Positions 52,201 through 64,000 of a stretch of 64,000 bases of DNA are shown piece after piece. The stretch comes from Bugula neritina (taxonomy: Eukaryota; Animalia; Bryozoa). Position 1 is the first letter of the stretch. Each line of letters opens with the position of its first letter. Both the position numbers and the translations under genes were made by a program. The notes under the pieces are model-generated. The model worked only from the letters and a program-made list of their open reading frames with translations, ran no database searches and was not told the origin of the DNA. The stretch is taken from positions 10,240,581 through 10,304,580 of the forward strand of contig OZ037767.1 in the NCBI GenBank assembly GCA_964035545.1. Reading direction: 5' to 3'.

Positions 52201-55200
52201 CAAGCCTTACAATTACCTGGTTATTCAGATCGGCATAAAGGTATTCACAATGTCACTATAAGTGCAAAGCTGGTTGACGAGATTTTCATTCCAGCTCGAT
52301 ATGATGTCCCTTACCATCCCGATACAGGCCTAGGTACTGATTATACGATATATACTTATTTACATTGTTCAGTGTATTAATTTATGCTATTCGTTATAAT
52401 AATTCATGTCATATTTCCCTGTATGCTTTGTTGTTACATTTTGCTGTATGATACTTTATAATATTTTTTATAATAGTTTATGTCATATTATCATGTAAAA
52501 TTTTTTGTTGTTGATTTTCTTTAATTACTCTTTCAACAGAAGAAATTCATGCCTCTCCTGAAGACAGCCTGAAAGTTGTATCCCCCAGTGCGCAGCCATT
52601 ACGTGCAGGTGACGTATGCTATACGATTACCTTTACATCACTGAGTCATAGCACAACGTCTGCTATATCTGTATATCACTGAGTCATAACATAACGTCTG
52701 TTATATCTGTATACCACTTAGTCATAGCACAACGCCTGCTATATCTGTATATCACTGAGTCATAGCACAACGCCTGCTATATCTGTATACCACTGAGTCA
52801 TAGCACAACGTCTGCTATATCTGTATATCACTGAGTCATAGCATAACGTCTGCTATATCTGTATATCACTGAGTCATAGCACAACGTCTGCTATATCTGT
52901 ATACCATTGAGTCATAGCATAACGTCTGCTATATTTGTATATCACTTTCTGCCTAAACCAGTCTTTACTTGTAGAAGCAAGAGACAGTGAAGGTGCTAAC
53001 CCAACGGTTACCATCTCTGCAGCTGCTAGTGTCGGAGTGCTGGTGGTGTTAGTGGCTGTGGCAGGGATCATAGCATTAAAAAGACAACAATCAAAGCACC
53101 AGAAATGTGGCTCTGTACTAGATAATCTGGAGCGGAACCCGATATATAAAGCCATATATGTTAACATGTTTGTAGTCCACTCTATTTATGTTTCCACGTG
53201 CACGTATGTGTGTGTAAATATGCATTAGGCTATTGTTTGATAAAAAGTGACGTATATTTTATGAAAGTATGCATGTAAAGGTATATGGGAGTTATTTTTT
53301 CAATAAATGCATATACCAGTCTGCTAAATGTTGCTGTTACAGTGATGAAGCGGACAGATGGGAGTTGCCCCGCACATGCATTGAGTGGGGAGAAGAGATT
53401 GGCTGTGGCGCTTTCGGTTCTGTTTTCAAGTGTCTGCTACACAAAGAGAAGAGTGATTGTTCCACCACGGTTGCTGTGAAAGTTCTAACAGGTAATGCTG
53501 TTTCACCGCAAATCTAGTAGCATGGCTTCCTTGTATGGTTTCTTGTTCACATCTATTGGGTTAATTATATATCATGTGTCAGCAACAAAGGTGGGTACTA
53601 GGGCTACCTTAGCCATGGTGCTTGTTTTGCATGCAGGCAAGCTACAATGTCATTAGTGAAATTGGAAATGACGTATGCTCAAACTTAGTTCTTTGCCACT
53701 TACGGAGCTCTTCAGATTTGACCTTGACATGGTTTGATACAAACAGCTAAATGTACTCGTAAAGCTGCTCTACATACTAGTGTACTTTACATTCAGCACA
53801 CTTAATTAGAATTTTCACTTAAGCATTAGTTTTGTGCATTGCACATTTGGTGGTTTTCATTCCAATTACTAAATTGAGATTCAGTTTGCAGTGTATTAGT
53901 TATAATACTTTATTGTCCAGGAAAAGCAACTTCTTAAAGAATTTTGTACAAATGATAGCCTAGCTAAGTATTTCTAGCTTGCTGAATTATATAAGGTTGG
54001 AGTGTTTGCCTAATGTGAAAATGTTCTGGTATTTTCATCATTTAGCTTCAAATTCTATAAATTCAGTTTCTATGTTGGGGTTGGTTGCATCTTTGCCAAA
54101 TCAATTTATTTTAAAGTATGTGCAATATAGTAGTATATACAATACTGTAGTATATACAATACAGTAATATATACAATATAGTAATATATACAATACAGTA
54201 GTATATACAATACAGTAGTATATACAATACAGTAGTATATGCAATACAGTAATATATACAATACAGTAGTATATACAATACAGTAGTATATGCAATACAG
54301 TAGTATATACAATACAGTAGTATATGCAATACAGTAGTATATACAATACAGTAATATATACAATACAGTAGTATATACAATACAGTAATATATACAATAC
54401 AGTAATATATACAATACAGTAATATATACAATACAGTAGTGTATACAATACAGTAGTATATACAGTACAGTAATATATACAATACAGTAATATATACAAT
54501 ACAGTAGTATATGCAATACAGTAGTATATACAATACAGTAATATATACAATACAGTAGTATATACAATACAGTAATATATACAATACAGTAATATATACA
54601 ATACAGTAGTGTATACAATACAGTAATATATGCAAGTCTTTTTCACAACTGGAAGTGTTTATCAACTTTATTCTCTAGCAAACTCCTCGACACAAATCAA
54701 TCCTCTGGTTTATCTTGTTGCTGTCAGCTACTGGGACTTGCAGGTTCTGTTCTGTTCAGGTTCTGTTGTCATGCGATGTCTGTCAACAGTGAAGAGCATT
54801 GAGTGATTGCATTTCTCAGTCACACAGCATTCATCAGGCAATGTCAGCTTCAATTTACATTCACAAAAATGTTCAGTAATTGCACAATCATGAGAGAACG
54901 AGAGAATGTTCGGGTGACAGAGCAACAGGCAGCGAAACTCTGCTGACTTTGCTATCCAATCTGCAAATGGCAAGGCCTTGTGCTAAAATGAAATTAAACA
55001 CTCAATGGTTTCTTTCAAAGAAACATTAGAATGTAGAGACTGTATTGGTCATTTATATCAACTATAGAGTACTTAGTGCTACAATACCACAGCTACTGTA
55101 GCCATCACCGCATTTCTTGTTGTCACTACCACAGTCGTCAGTACTTTTAGTATTAAAGGATGAATTCTGAATCCTTCAGCAGTTGATGTTTAATCTATTT

Positions 55201-58200
55201 TTTTAGAATTTCACATCAATGAGTTTTTCACTGCTCATCTTACAAAATGGTGGCCCGCTTTGTGTTCAGGCGTATATGCATGTAAGGATTTAGAGTCTAG
55301 ACTAATTGTTGCTATCAGTATAATTATTAAGGATAGACAACTCCGTGGCCTCAAACACAAACATTCTCATAAAATACTGTGTGTAAGCAGCATGCTATAA
55401 AACAATCAGTATTACTTAAGGGTTTGCACTCACTGCTCCTGTTATGTTGAGTTTACACTAATTCAGGCGGGCTCAGCCTTTACCCTCTCTCTCTATCTGT
55501 AGTAGCTATTCTCGCTGTGTTTATGTAGGGTTTAGCTAGTTTTGCTTAAGAAATCTATTTTTTTGCTGTTACAACACTTAATCTTAGTAAAATGTAGGTA
55601 CTAAGTAGGGGTACACCTGGATACACCTGGCCAGTAATTCTGCACCTGTAAGAACATATCCACGCTTAGAGCAAGCAACCCCCTTGACATAATATCTGTC
55701 TTGACTAGTACACGGTTATTAGATGAACTCTAGCCTGTAGTTCAGTTTCTTTAATAGCGGCTGTACTGACTGTCCACCCTTCAACTTCAACATTGTTATA
55801 AATTATGGCTACTTATAGTCAAATTCTGAATATATTATACTTTTACATTTATCTTACATCTAATATCAAGTTGTATACAATTCTATTTATAGAAAATCAA
55901 ATATATTTCATGTGATATTTGTCTATCACTTAAACATTAGGATGAATGTCAAAAATGCACGAGAAGATATTTACTTGAACAAAATTTATGAAATGCTTTA
56001 TTGTTTTTTCAACATAATATAGCTGACAGCAATGAGCTCTCAAGGCAGCAGTTCATTCAAGAGATCATGGTGATGAAGGACTTGGAGCGTCACCCTAACA
56101 TTTTACAGCTGGTCGGTTGCATCACCTTGTCTGGTCCTGTTTATCTTGTCATGGATTACGCAGTTAATGGAGACCTTCTTTCCTTCCTTCACCGGCAAAG
56201 AGCAGAGAGCGTAAGTTGATATCACTCTTTATATACAAGGGAAATACAGTAAAAGGAGCAACCGTGGTCTAGAGGTTAGAGCATTTGCCTAGTAAGCAAG
56301 AAGTCATGGGTTTGAACCCGACAAAGGCCATTGGTGATGTTAGGAAGAGCATCCAGTCATAATTGCTCCTGTGCCTCATCTGAATAAGTCCTTAGCCCGA
56401 TTCAACAAAAAGCCCTTTCCATCATGGGTTTCTCACAGGGATGGCGACTATAAACTTGCGTGAGTTTTTTGTATATACGAGTGACATACCTGTATCGTGA
56501 GAGTCACTAGCCACTGCTAGCTCGACATCCTGCTTCTTTAACGTGAAACTTGAGGATATATTTGTGTGAACTCAGATAATTGCAGGCAACTATCTTGTGA
56601 TTTCTCTGATTACTGCGAGTATAAAACAATGACTGTTTATCCATAATCACTGTCCAGCATTTCCGATTCAAATTATAATTACTAAAGTATAGAATTTATA
56701 TGGCCTAGAACTTAATTTACTCCTCCATGAGTATTACTCATCCATCTGTTTGTTTCAACTGAAATGCATGTTGCAGACTTTGCTTTCTTTTTACTTACGT
56801 TGCAATATGCCCATTCCATATTTTGGGAAATACTTTGCTTTAAAGAACCGTATGTACCATTTCCTTATTTAATTGATTTTTGCTAGCCATTGAATTATTA
56901 TATATTCAGTGTTAATGACTAGATTTCTCCCGAATGTTGAATGCACTGCAGTATACGTTGCACTGTATACTGGTATGTATAGTCATTAATTTATCAATAA
57001 TATCAGTTTAATAGATGTATTATATATAATTACATGTGTAATGCCATTTCTTTCGCTGATCACTGATTAGCTATGATTTATGTTGTGTTATATTCTCATT
57101 TCACATGGATACAGGCACATGTACACCAGCTCTATACACTGTATTTTATTTGCGTGTATATTTGTCATGCTATGAGAGCTCTGTGCAATGCATCGCGTGA
57201 TCAGATTCCCATTCATTGGCCTTGAGCATTTCAAAACTCACAATTACCTGTCATAAAACTCCAATGCATGTTTGTGTGACTTGGCTTTGTTTTTCTAAAA
57301 AGATTTTACTCCCCCCTCTTTCCTGTGTTGGGAGAACAACCAGCAACTGTGTTTTATCACTCTGGAATATGCTTAGAAATGTTGTGGCGAATTGAAACTA
57401 ATTTTTCTCACTTTTAAACTTGGACTAAATTCTGACTGGTAAATCATGTACGATGTGTGGGGTATGCGTTGCCCCTGCCACTCAATTTATCAACAATTTT
57501 ATTTACAATTTACTATTTGTAGAGCTGCATGCATTCACAGTTGCTAAAGATGGCTGTCGATGTCACAGTTGGTATGGTAAGTACATATTTAGCAGAGTTT
57601 CCTATTCTCTTGTGTAGGAGTACATATCTAGCAGAGGTTATGTGTTCTCTTGTGTAGGAGTACATATCTAGCAGATGTTATGTGTTCTCTTTTGTAGGAG
57701 TACATATCTAGCAAAGGTTACGTGCACCGAGATTTGGCTGCGAGGAATCTTTTACTCGATGAAGACTTCACGGTCAAGATTGGAGACTTTGGCTTGGCGC
57801 GTCACCTGCACACAGACGATGTGTATATTGTTCAGTGCAACAAAAGACTACCTGCCAAGTGGCTCAGTATAGAAGCCTTGGCACAACTCAGATTCTCTAC
57901 AGCTAGTGATGTGTAAGTATATGGTGTAAGTACATCACACTGTATGGTGTAAGTATAGGTAGGGTGTGTAGCAGTGTAGGGTGTAAATATATCACACTAT
58001 ATGGTGTAAGTATATCACATTGTGTAGTGTATCACATTGTATGGTGTAAGTATTAATATATCACAGTTTGACTGTAAATGCGTAATATATTCCACATTGA
58101 GATACTATATTAAGTATCTGGTATAATGCAATACAATGGAAACATAATAATGCGGTATGTAATGTACATCATTATTAGTATAAACTTAATATGTCCAATA

Positions 58201-61200
58201 AAGTTATTATATAAACTATGTATGTTGACTACATTCTAATTTTAGCTGGGCCTTTGGAGTTGTCTTATATGAGCTGTTTTCCTTGGGGGAAACCCCCTAC
58301 TCTGCCATAGATTCAGCAGACATATTGAAATACTTGACTAATGGACATCGTATGGCTAGACCTATACTCTGTGATGAAAACATGTAAGTTCTGTGTGAAT
58401 AACATAGAATAACTGTAAGTGTACGTTCTGTAAGTGTAAGCTCCATAGCCTAACTGTATGTTACTCATCTCTGATCCTTAACATACTGATATGATGTTTT
58501 ATTTTCATTCAAGAAAGTAAAAATTATTAATTTATTAACCAGGTAATCTGGTGGGCAGAAGAAAGGTTTTAGTTTTACACTTTAGTGTTTCAGGCATGCT
58601 ACACTAGAATACACTACAAGGATTTGTGGGGAGCATAATACGATTAACATTAATAAAACTAGCACCAACTAAAATAGCCCCAACTAAATAACCCCAACAA
58701 AAATAACACCAACAAAAATAACACCAACTAAAATAACTCCAACTAAAATAGCCCCAACTAAAATAGCCCCAACTAAACAACACCAACAAAAATAACGCCA
58801 ACCAAAATAACGCCAACCAAAATAACGCCAACCGAAGTAGCACCAACTGTAAGAACACTAATTAAAACACACTTTGGTACTCTATAATACCACCATTACT
58901 ATATGCTGTAACACATATTGCATATTATAAGGCGTCATGCAAAGTGTCTGTTCTGGTCACACAGACACACCATAACCTACACCATTAGGTATAAATATTT
59001 ACACTGCTGGGTACAAGCTGTAGTAGTGTGTACAATCAAATTCTAACAGCCAGCATCTCCAATATTCTTGCTGAGGAGGTGTGGAGATGAGATTTGGGAG
59101 AAATATCTCAAAGGTAATAAAGCTTGCAGCTCAGTTCTGAATACAACTCTTTTACAGCTTTATCTGTTTGATATTTTATATTTACAACAGTTGCTTGAAT
59201 GGAAGCGGATATGGAATATTTGACATCATCGCGCATGACGTAGTGTCATACAGTCATACTTCTCACCTGTTGATTATAAGCATTCCACCTACACTTTACA
59301 TACATATACTTTAGTACCATATGTCTAGTATATAAGTATAGCACTCTGTGCATTATACAAACTCTGCATTATATACATTATACATAAATTATACGGTATA
59401 TACAACCTCTACATTATATACAAATTATAAATTTTACGAATTATAAATTTTACTAATTATACATTTTACGAATTATACGTTTAACATTGATATTTATATA
59501 TTAATTATGCTTTCCTACTTTGTGATAGGAAATGCATAGACTTTGGTAGATTCCTTTCACAACACATTAGTACATGTCAAAGATGCAATGAGTTACACCA
59601 CAAACATACTTAGGATTGTCAAATACTTGTATATAACACAATATGATTGTGTGTAAATTATAAGAGTTATTATTTGTAGTTTCAGGGTATACTGTATATT
59701 AGTAAATTAGTTGCAGTATAATATACCTATAGTATGATATGCCTATATAATATCATATACCTAGAGTATAATAGGCCTACAGTATAATATACTTGCAGTG
59801 TAGTATACTTACAGTAACATATACCCACAATGTTGTTTTGGTATACTTTTATTTCAAAATAAATGAAGTTAACTACGAAAGCTGAACATAAATGCAACAT
59901 TGCCTTTTAGAATATACGAGTAGCTGTGTATATGTTATGAAAAATAGCTAGGAGACTAGAATATATTATACACCATACAAGCATATATAGCAAGCTATTA
60001 TAAAGTTCCAACAAGTAGATAATATAATATACAATATATGAAAGTACTCCAGCTGCTGTTGTCATGTTCCCAAGGTGATAGTAGAATAGAAGCCTGAAAG
60101 TTTTAATTTGGTTGTGGCAATTGCTTTTACTAGATTGTAATAGAGATGGTACTTTCTAGCTAACCTTGTTCTTTTTTTAGCATTAATTATTATTAGATTT
60201 TCAACAAATTACATCAGCAATAAATTATATAATGATTAGCAATTACTGAAATGTTGAATTAACCATCAGATGCTTCCACCTTCTTGATGCTGTAATTTAT
60301 CATTATTTCATGGTCTTTACTTTTATTAATTCGGTAGAAAGAAATATCATTTATCATATTTACACTCAAGTTGGCTTTTCATGTGGACACACCCTTGGTG
60401 CGGCATACTCATGTAGTCACACATATTTACATACAAATTGACTTACTATAACCAATCAATTTAAAGTCGTAGTTGTGTAATGATTATTCATGTTTTGTAT
60501 ATATTTAGTCTTTAATAAGAGTTAAATACATTTTTATAGCATAATTTGTCCATATCTTCATAACTAGTATTGTCTATAGCTGAATCCAATACCTTAAATA
60601 TGCCTCATTTGAGTCAATATTTATTCAGCCCCATCATAGTCATTCCATGTTCAACAATGTTTCCTTTAGCTGTTGACGCAAACTGGTGTTGCTTTCTAAT
60701 TGAGAATTTCATCTTTTCTCTTTCTATTCACACATTAAGTATATGTAAATGTATGACTCGTATCATCTATTTGACAAAATATATTAGATATCAAAAATGT
60801 GCTTTGATAAAACCTGAAGAAATTACCTGGATTATGTCGCCTCGGCTTATACTAAAACTGTAATTCATCATTTCATATCATCTTCAAGTGCAATCACATT
60901 GTCCTGCTTTTTGGGAAATGCCAATCCAAGTGTTTATAATTCAAAATCAGGTATTTAAGAGGCAAGTAGCTAACACTGACTGTTTGCTTGTATACACAGT
61001 GTGACATCTCCGCATCTTATCTTGTCACTCCGGGTCGGTTGCAGGCAGCTGTACACCTTTAGTTCCTCGTCTTTTCCTTGTCTCAGATGTTTAGGATCGG
61101 TAGGCTATATTTTGTTAAATGCACCTGTGTTTGCAGTTGTAATTATACAACACTTCAGTAAGCTTCAGTCAACTCTACTCTAATATGTACTGCAGATATG

Positions 61201-63076
61201 CCTTCATTCCCCTCACTCACTCTTCAAATAACATATTTTTAATTAGCTTGATTTTTATTTTCCCTTCAGCACCCTGCAAGACTTAGGCTGAGTTCTACAT
61301 TAGTTCAGCTGGTTTTCTTGCTGGTTGCACATGTTGCAGATCTGTTAGTTTTGTACAGACTGCTAATATATGTAGACATGTACATACATTAACAACTTAC
61401 ATCAATCAAGGAAATTAATTAACTTTCTTATTTATCAGTTTTCGGTGCAAATAGCAGCTGTGTGAAATTTACAGCAATTAGTGTTTTCCTGGTAATTACA
61501 ATTAATTTCGAAACAAACAATTGAGTTATGTTTTAATTTTAATCATACCATAAACTAGTAGCTTTTAAGAAGTTATGTGTACCTCAAACTTCTTGACCAT
61601 ACTATTTTACTCACAGGGATGACAACTTAATTTAAGAGATTTAATGGATGTTGATTGTAATTTCATAGCACTAGCTATCTAAAAGTGCAGATGCAAATTT
61701 TAATTAATATATTGGTGAAATCAATTTTACTCGTCTGTGATGGCTAATTTTATATAAGTAAATTTGACTCATTTTAGCAGTTGTCTACCCATTTTCCTAA
61801 TCCCATACTTTTTTACAATTTTACTTTCGCTCTATAATCGCTACTATAAGCTGTAATTAAGCTACAGGGCTTTTTACTATCAAAACAGTTAAATCAAAGT
61901 AGTCATGATATCATTTTATTATGAGGTTTTAATCAATGAAATACCAATTAATAGTTTAATTTAATATGCATATTATAGACATTTATTCAATCTATAAACA
62001 TATTAAATGTCATTTAATATGTGATTGAAGCTACTAACCAGCCATTTTAATGATCAGCCAGCCTTAGAAAGGCAAAACAAATAGTTAAATCTACCCTGTA
62101 TAATAGCAATGACTTGTTAGATAAGAATCTGTTGTATTCAAAATTGATTGTTTACTGTTAAATATAAAAATGTTGGTTATGATTTCACATTTTAAAACTG
62201 TAATTAATGGCAATATAATCTAGGAAATAATATGCTGTAGATGTGAGGTACTCTGTAGGTAGTCTGTAGGTACTCTGTAGGTACACTGTAGCTATACTGT
62301 AGCTATACTGTAGGTACTCTGTAGGTACACTGTAGCTATACTGTAGCTATACTGTAGCTATACTGTTATAGGTGTGAGGTTATGATAATGTAATGCTGTA
62401 GGTATGAAGTGATGATGCAATGCTGGCAGACTGAACCAGGTGATAGACCCTCCTTCACTCAACTCCACCAACAGTTATCCCTCTGGTGTGACACATTAGT
62501 CATTGGTGAGATGATTCTCACTTTCTCTTCAACTGTTGGTGTCAGATGCTCTTAGTAATAGTGACTCATTTTTATGTCACTATGTCCGACATATTTATGA
62601 CTCATGCTGACACAGTGCTGATACATGTTGACATATTTATATATGTATGATATGTATATAGTATGTATATATTGTGTATATAGTATGTATCTATTGTGTA
62701 TATAATATGTATATATTGTGTATATAATATGTATATATTGTGTATATAATATGTATATATTGTGTATATAGTATGTATATATTGTGTATATAATATGTAT
62801 ATATTGTGTATATAATATGTATATATTGTGTATATAATATGTATATATTGTGTATATAATATGTATATATTGTGTATATAACACGTTGCAGAAGAAAAAC
62901 TAGAGGAAAGATCCAGGCAGTTTTCATTATTTTTTTCGTCAGAAAAACCTACAAGCCAGGACTTCCTCTCACCTTCAGCTGTGACACACTCCCCCCTCTC
63001 CTCACTACACCCTCCAGGATGTGACCTTCCCAACGCTTTGCCAGTATCTCTTATCATTGACTCAACGCACCTTTAG
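46274..63076 (+). CDS. Receptor tyrosine kinase, ~807 aa, ~18 exons (signal peptide, FN3-like ectodomain, TM, NPxY, intact kinase)
   Basis: Exons 46274-46399, 46923-47045, 47661-47772, 48517-48633, 49346-49482, 50124-50168, 50617-50797, 51466-51599, 52180-52333, 52540-52608, 52975-53167, 53343-53491, 56023-56210, 57523-57576, 57698-57912, 58246-58383, 62402-62505, 62892-63076. Motifs: [27 protein letters not shown]...[68 protein letters not shown]. Ectodomain exon boundaries are less certain than the kinase ones. Confidence 0.85.
46541..46748 (-). mobile_element. tRNA(Thr)-derived SINE, copy 2 (inverted)
   Basis: The reverse complement matches the 56255-56478 copy (GCTCACGCAAGTTTATAGTCGC, TTCAGATGAGGCACAGGAG, ATGCTCTTCCTAACATCACCAATGG). 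Confidence 0.85.
48809..49275. repeat. 26-bp minisatellite (TTACCTTATATATACTGACCTTCACC)
   Basis: About 17-18 tandem copies in an RTK intron. Confidence 0.95.
50282..50480. repeat. 23-bp tandem repeat (TCACTATAATAGCCAATATTTAG), decaying 3'-ward
   Basis: Three perfect copies followed by degenerate ones. Confidence 0.85.
52637..52946. repeat. 38-bp minisatellite x~8 filling an RTK intron
   Basis: ATCACTGAGTCATAGCACAACGTCTGCTATATCTGTAT tandem copies. Confidence 0.95.
54120..54633. repeat. 17-bp minisatellite (ATATACAATACAGTAGT) x~30
   Basis: Directly visible; explains the three Y/C/I-rich minus ORFs. Confidence 0.95.
56255..56478 (+). mobile_element. tRNA(Thr)-derived SINE, copy 3 (most complete)
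   Basis: GGAGCAACCG-TGGTCTAGAGG (A box), anticodon loop CTAGTAA (AGT), GGTTTGAACCC (B box), core GGTGATGTTAGGAAGAGCATCCAGTCATAA, tail ...TAAACTTGCGTGAG. Confidence 0.9.
57577..57722. repeat. 40-bp tandem repeat spanning an intron/exon junction
   Basis: GAGTACATATCTAGCAGAGGTTATGTGTTCTCTTGTGTAG x~3.5; the last partial copy is coding. Confidence 0.9.
58660..58850. repeat. 15-bp tandem repeat (ACACCAACAAAAATA-like)
   Basis: About 12 degenerate copies in the long RTK intron. Confidence 0.85.
62245..62366. repeat. 11-bp tandem repeat (TACTCTGTAGG/ATACTGTAGCT)
   Basis: About 11 copies just upstream of the acceptor at 62401. Confidence 0.85.
62640..62880. repeat. 22-bp minisatellite (ATATGTATATATTGTGTATATA)
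   Basis: About 10 copies ending ~10 nt before the acceptor of the last RTK exon. Confidence 0.95.
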
Positions 63077-63458
63077 AAGCCTTGTGCGACCTTGCTCTCC
63101 ATGAGTCAAGGTCAAATGTCATGGAGTAGAACTGCTTTCAGCTGTAGAGATATCATGTCTCTAAAAAAAGTTAAACTATTGTTTGTTACGGTTTTGTTGT
63201 CTGCCAATTGTGCAATTAATTTTAAAAAGAGTGAAGGAGAGAATTTAAAAAATATTAATGTTTGAGCATTTATATGAATCACAATTTAACTGCTTGTCTA
63301 CAATTCTTATATAAAATTTATATTTTATTCATTGCAACTTTCTTATATTATTATGTTCTATAATGTTTATTGATAAATATTGTTACCACTACAATCATTT
63401 AAACCTACACGTTGTATCACAGCATATCATTGTATCTTATCATAAAACTATTATTTTA

Positions 63459-63465
<7 letters not shown>

Positions 63466-63527
<62 letters not shown>
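63466..63527. repeat. (TA)n microsatellite
   Basis: Directly visible. Confidence 0.95.
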
Positions 63528-63530
<3 letters not shown>

Positions 63531-64000
63531 CTTTTCTAAAACATATGTTTTCTATTAAAAAAGAATTATATTGAATTTTACTAGATAAAATTTCTTTTAT
63601 TTTGTTAACTGCAATGTTGTGTCCTACAAAACTACAGTACGAAAAGCATACCGTCACATCTGCACAAGCAGAGCTCATGTTTCTGAAAATTGATATTAAA
63701 ACAAATTGATGTGTGGGGAGTAAGTGTATTGGTTGTAGTTGTATGGTATGTGTGCACGGCAACTGCTCAGTGCATCCTAGTAATATATACTGTTATATGT
63801 ATGCTTCACCTGTCCTGGTGTGTGTATCGTGTATACATATATATCATATGTACATATCTTATACCTATATCAGATATATATACCATGTATACATATCTAT
63901 ATCATATGTATAGGTACGTATCTTTCTATGTCATGTATGCACATATGCACACATACTCACACACACAAACATACACCACGAAAACACACACACTCACACA

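Noticed and set aside
54101-54665. Three overlapping Tyr/Cys/Ile-rich ORFs (also 42816-43319 and 62552-63057)
   Set aside because: Stop-free readings of AT-rich minisatellites.

Overview
AT-rich, intron-rich animal genomic DNA, probably a marine invertebrate or lophotrochozoan (inference). It is not prokaryotic, so most short ORFs in the track are spurious and the real genes must be spliced by hand. Five genes were reconstructed with phase-consistent GT-AG junctions. They are TDP1 (minus, 3' part runs off the window, carries an N-terminal PBZ zinc finger), an ankyrin-repeat/SOCS-box gene (plus), CFAP70/TTC18 (minus), ZW10 (plus) and an unclassified receptor tyrosine kinase (plus). TDP1/ASB and CFAP70/ZW10 are two head-to-head pairs. 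Four non-coding features stand out. (1) A 28S rRNA fragment is fused in sense to the 3' end of a LINE, suggesting a retro-chimera or rRNA-headed SINE. (2) A ~790-bp Harbinger-like MITE is inserted into a copy of itself in reverse orientation, giving interlocked A-B-A'-B' inverted repeats. (3) Consensus-free 'walking' 6-bp periodic tracts lie on all four flanks of the two divergent promoter regions. (4) Many minisatellites are anchored at splice junctions, and some multiply splice signals. Gene identities rest on recalled similarity to human proteins; no database search was run.
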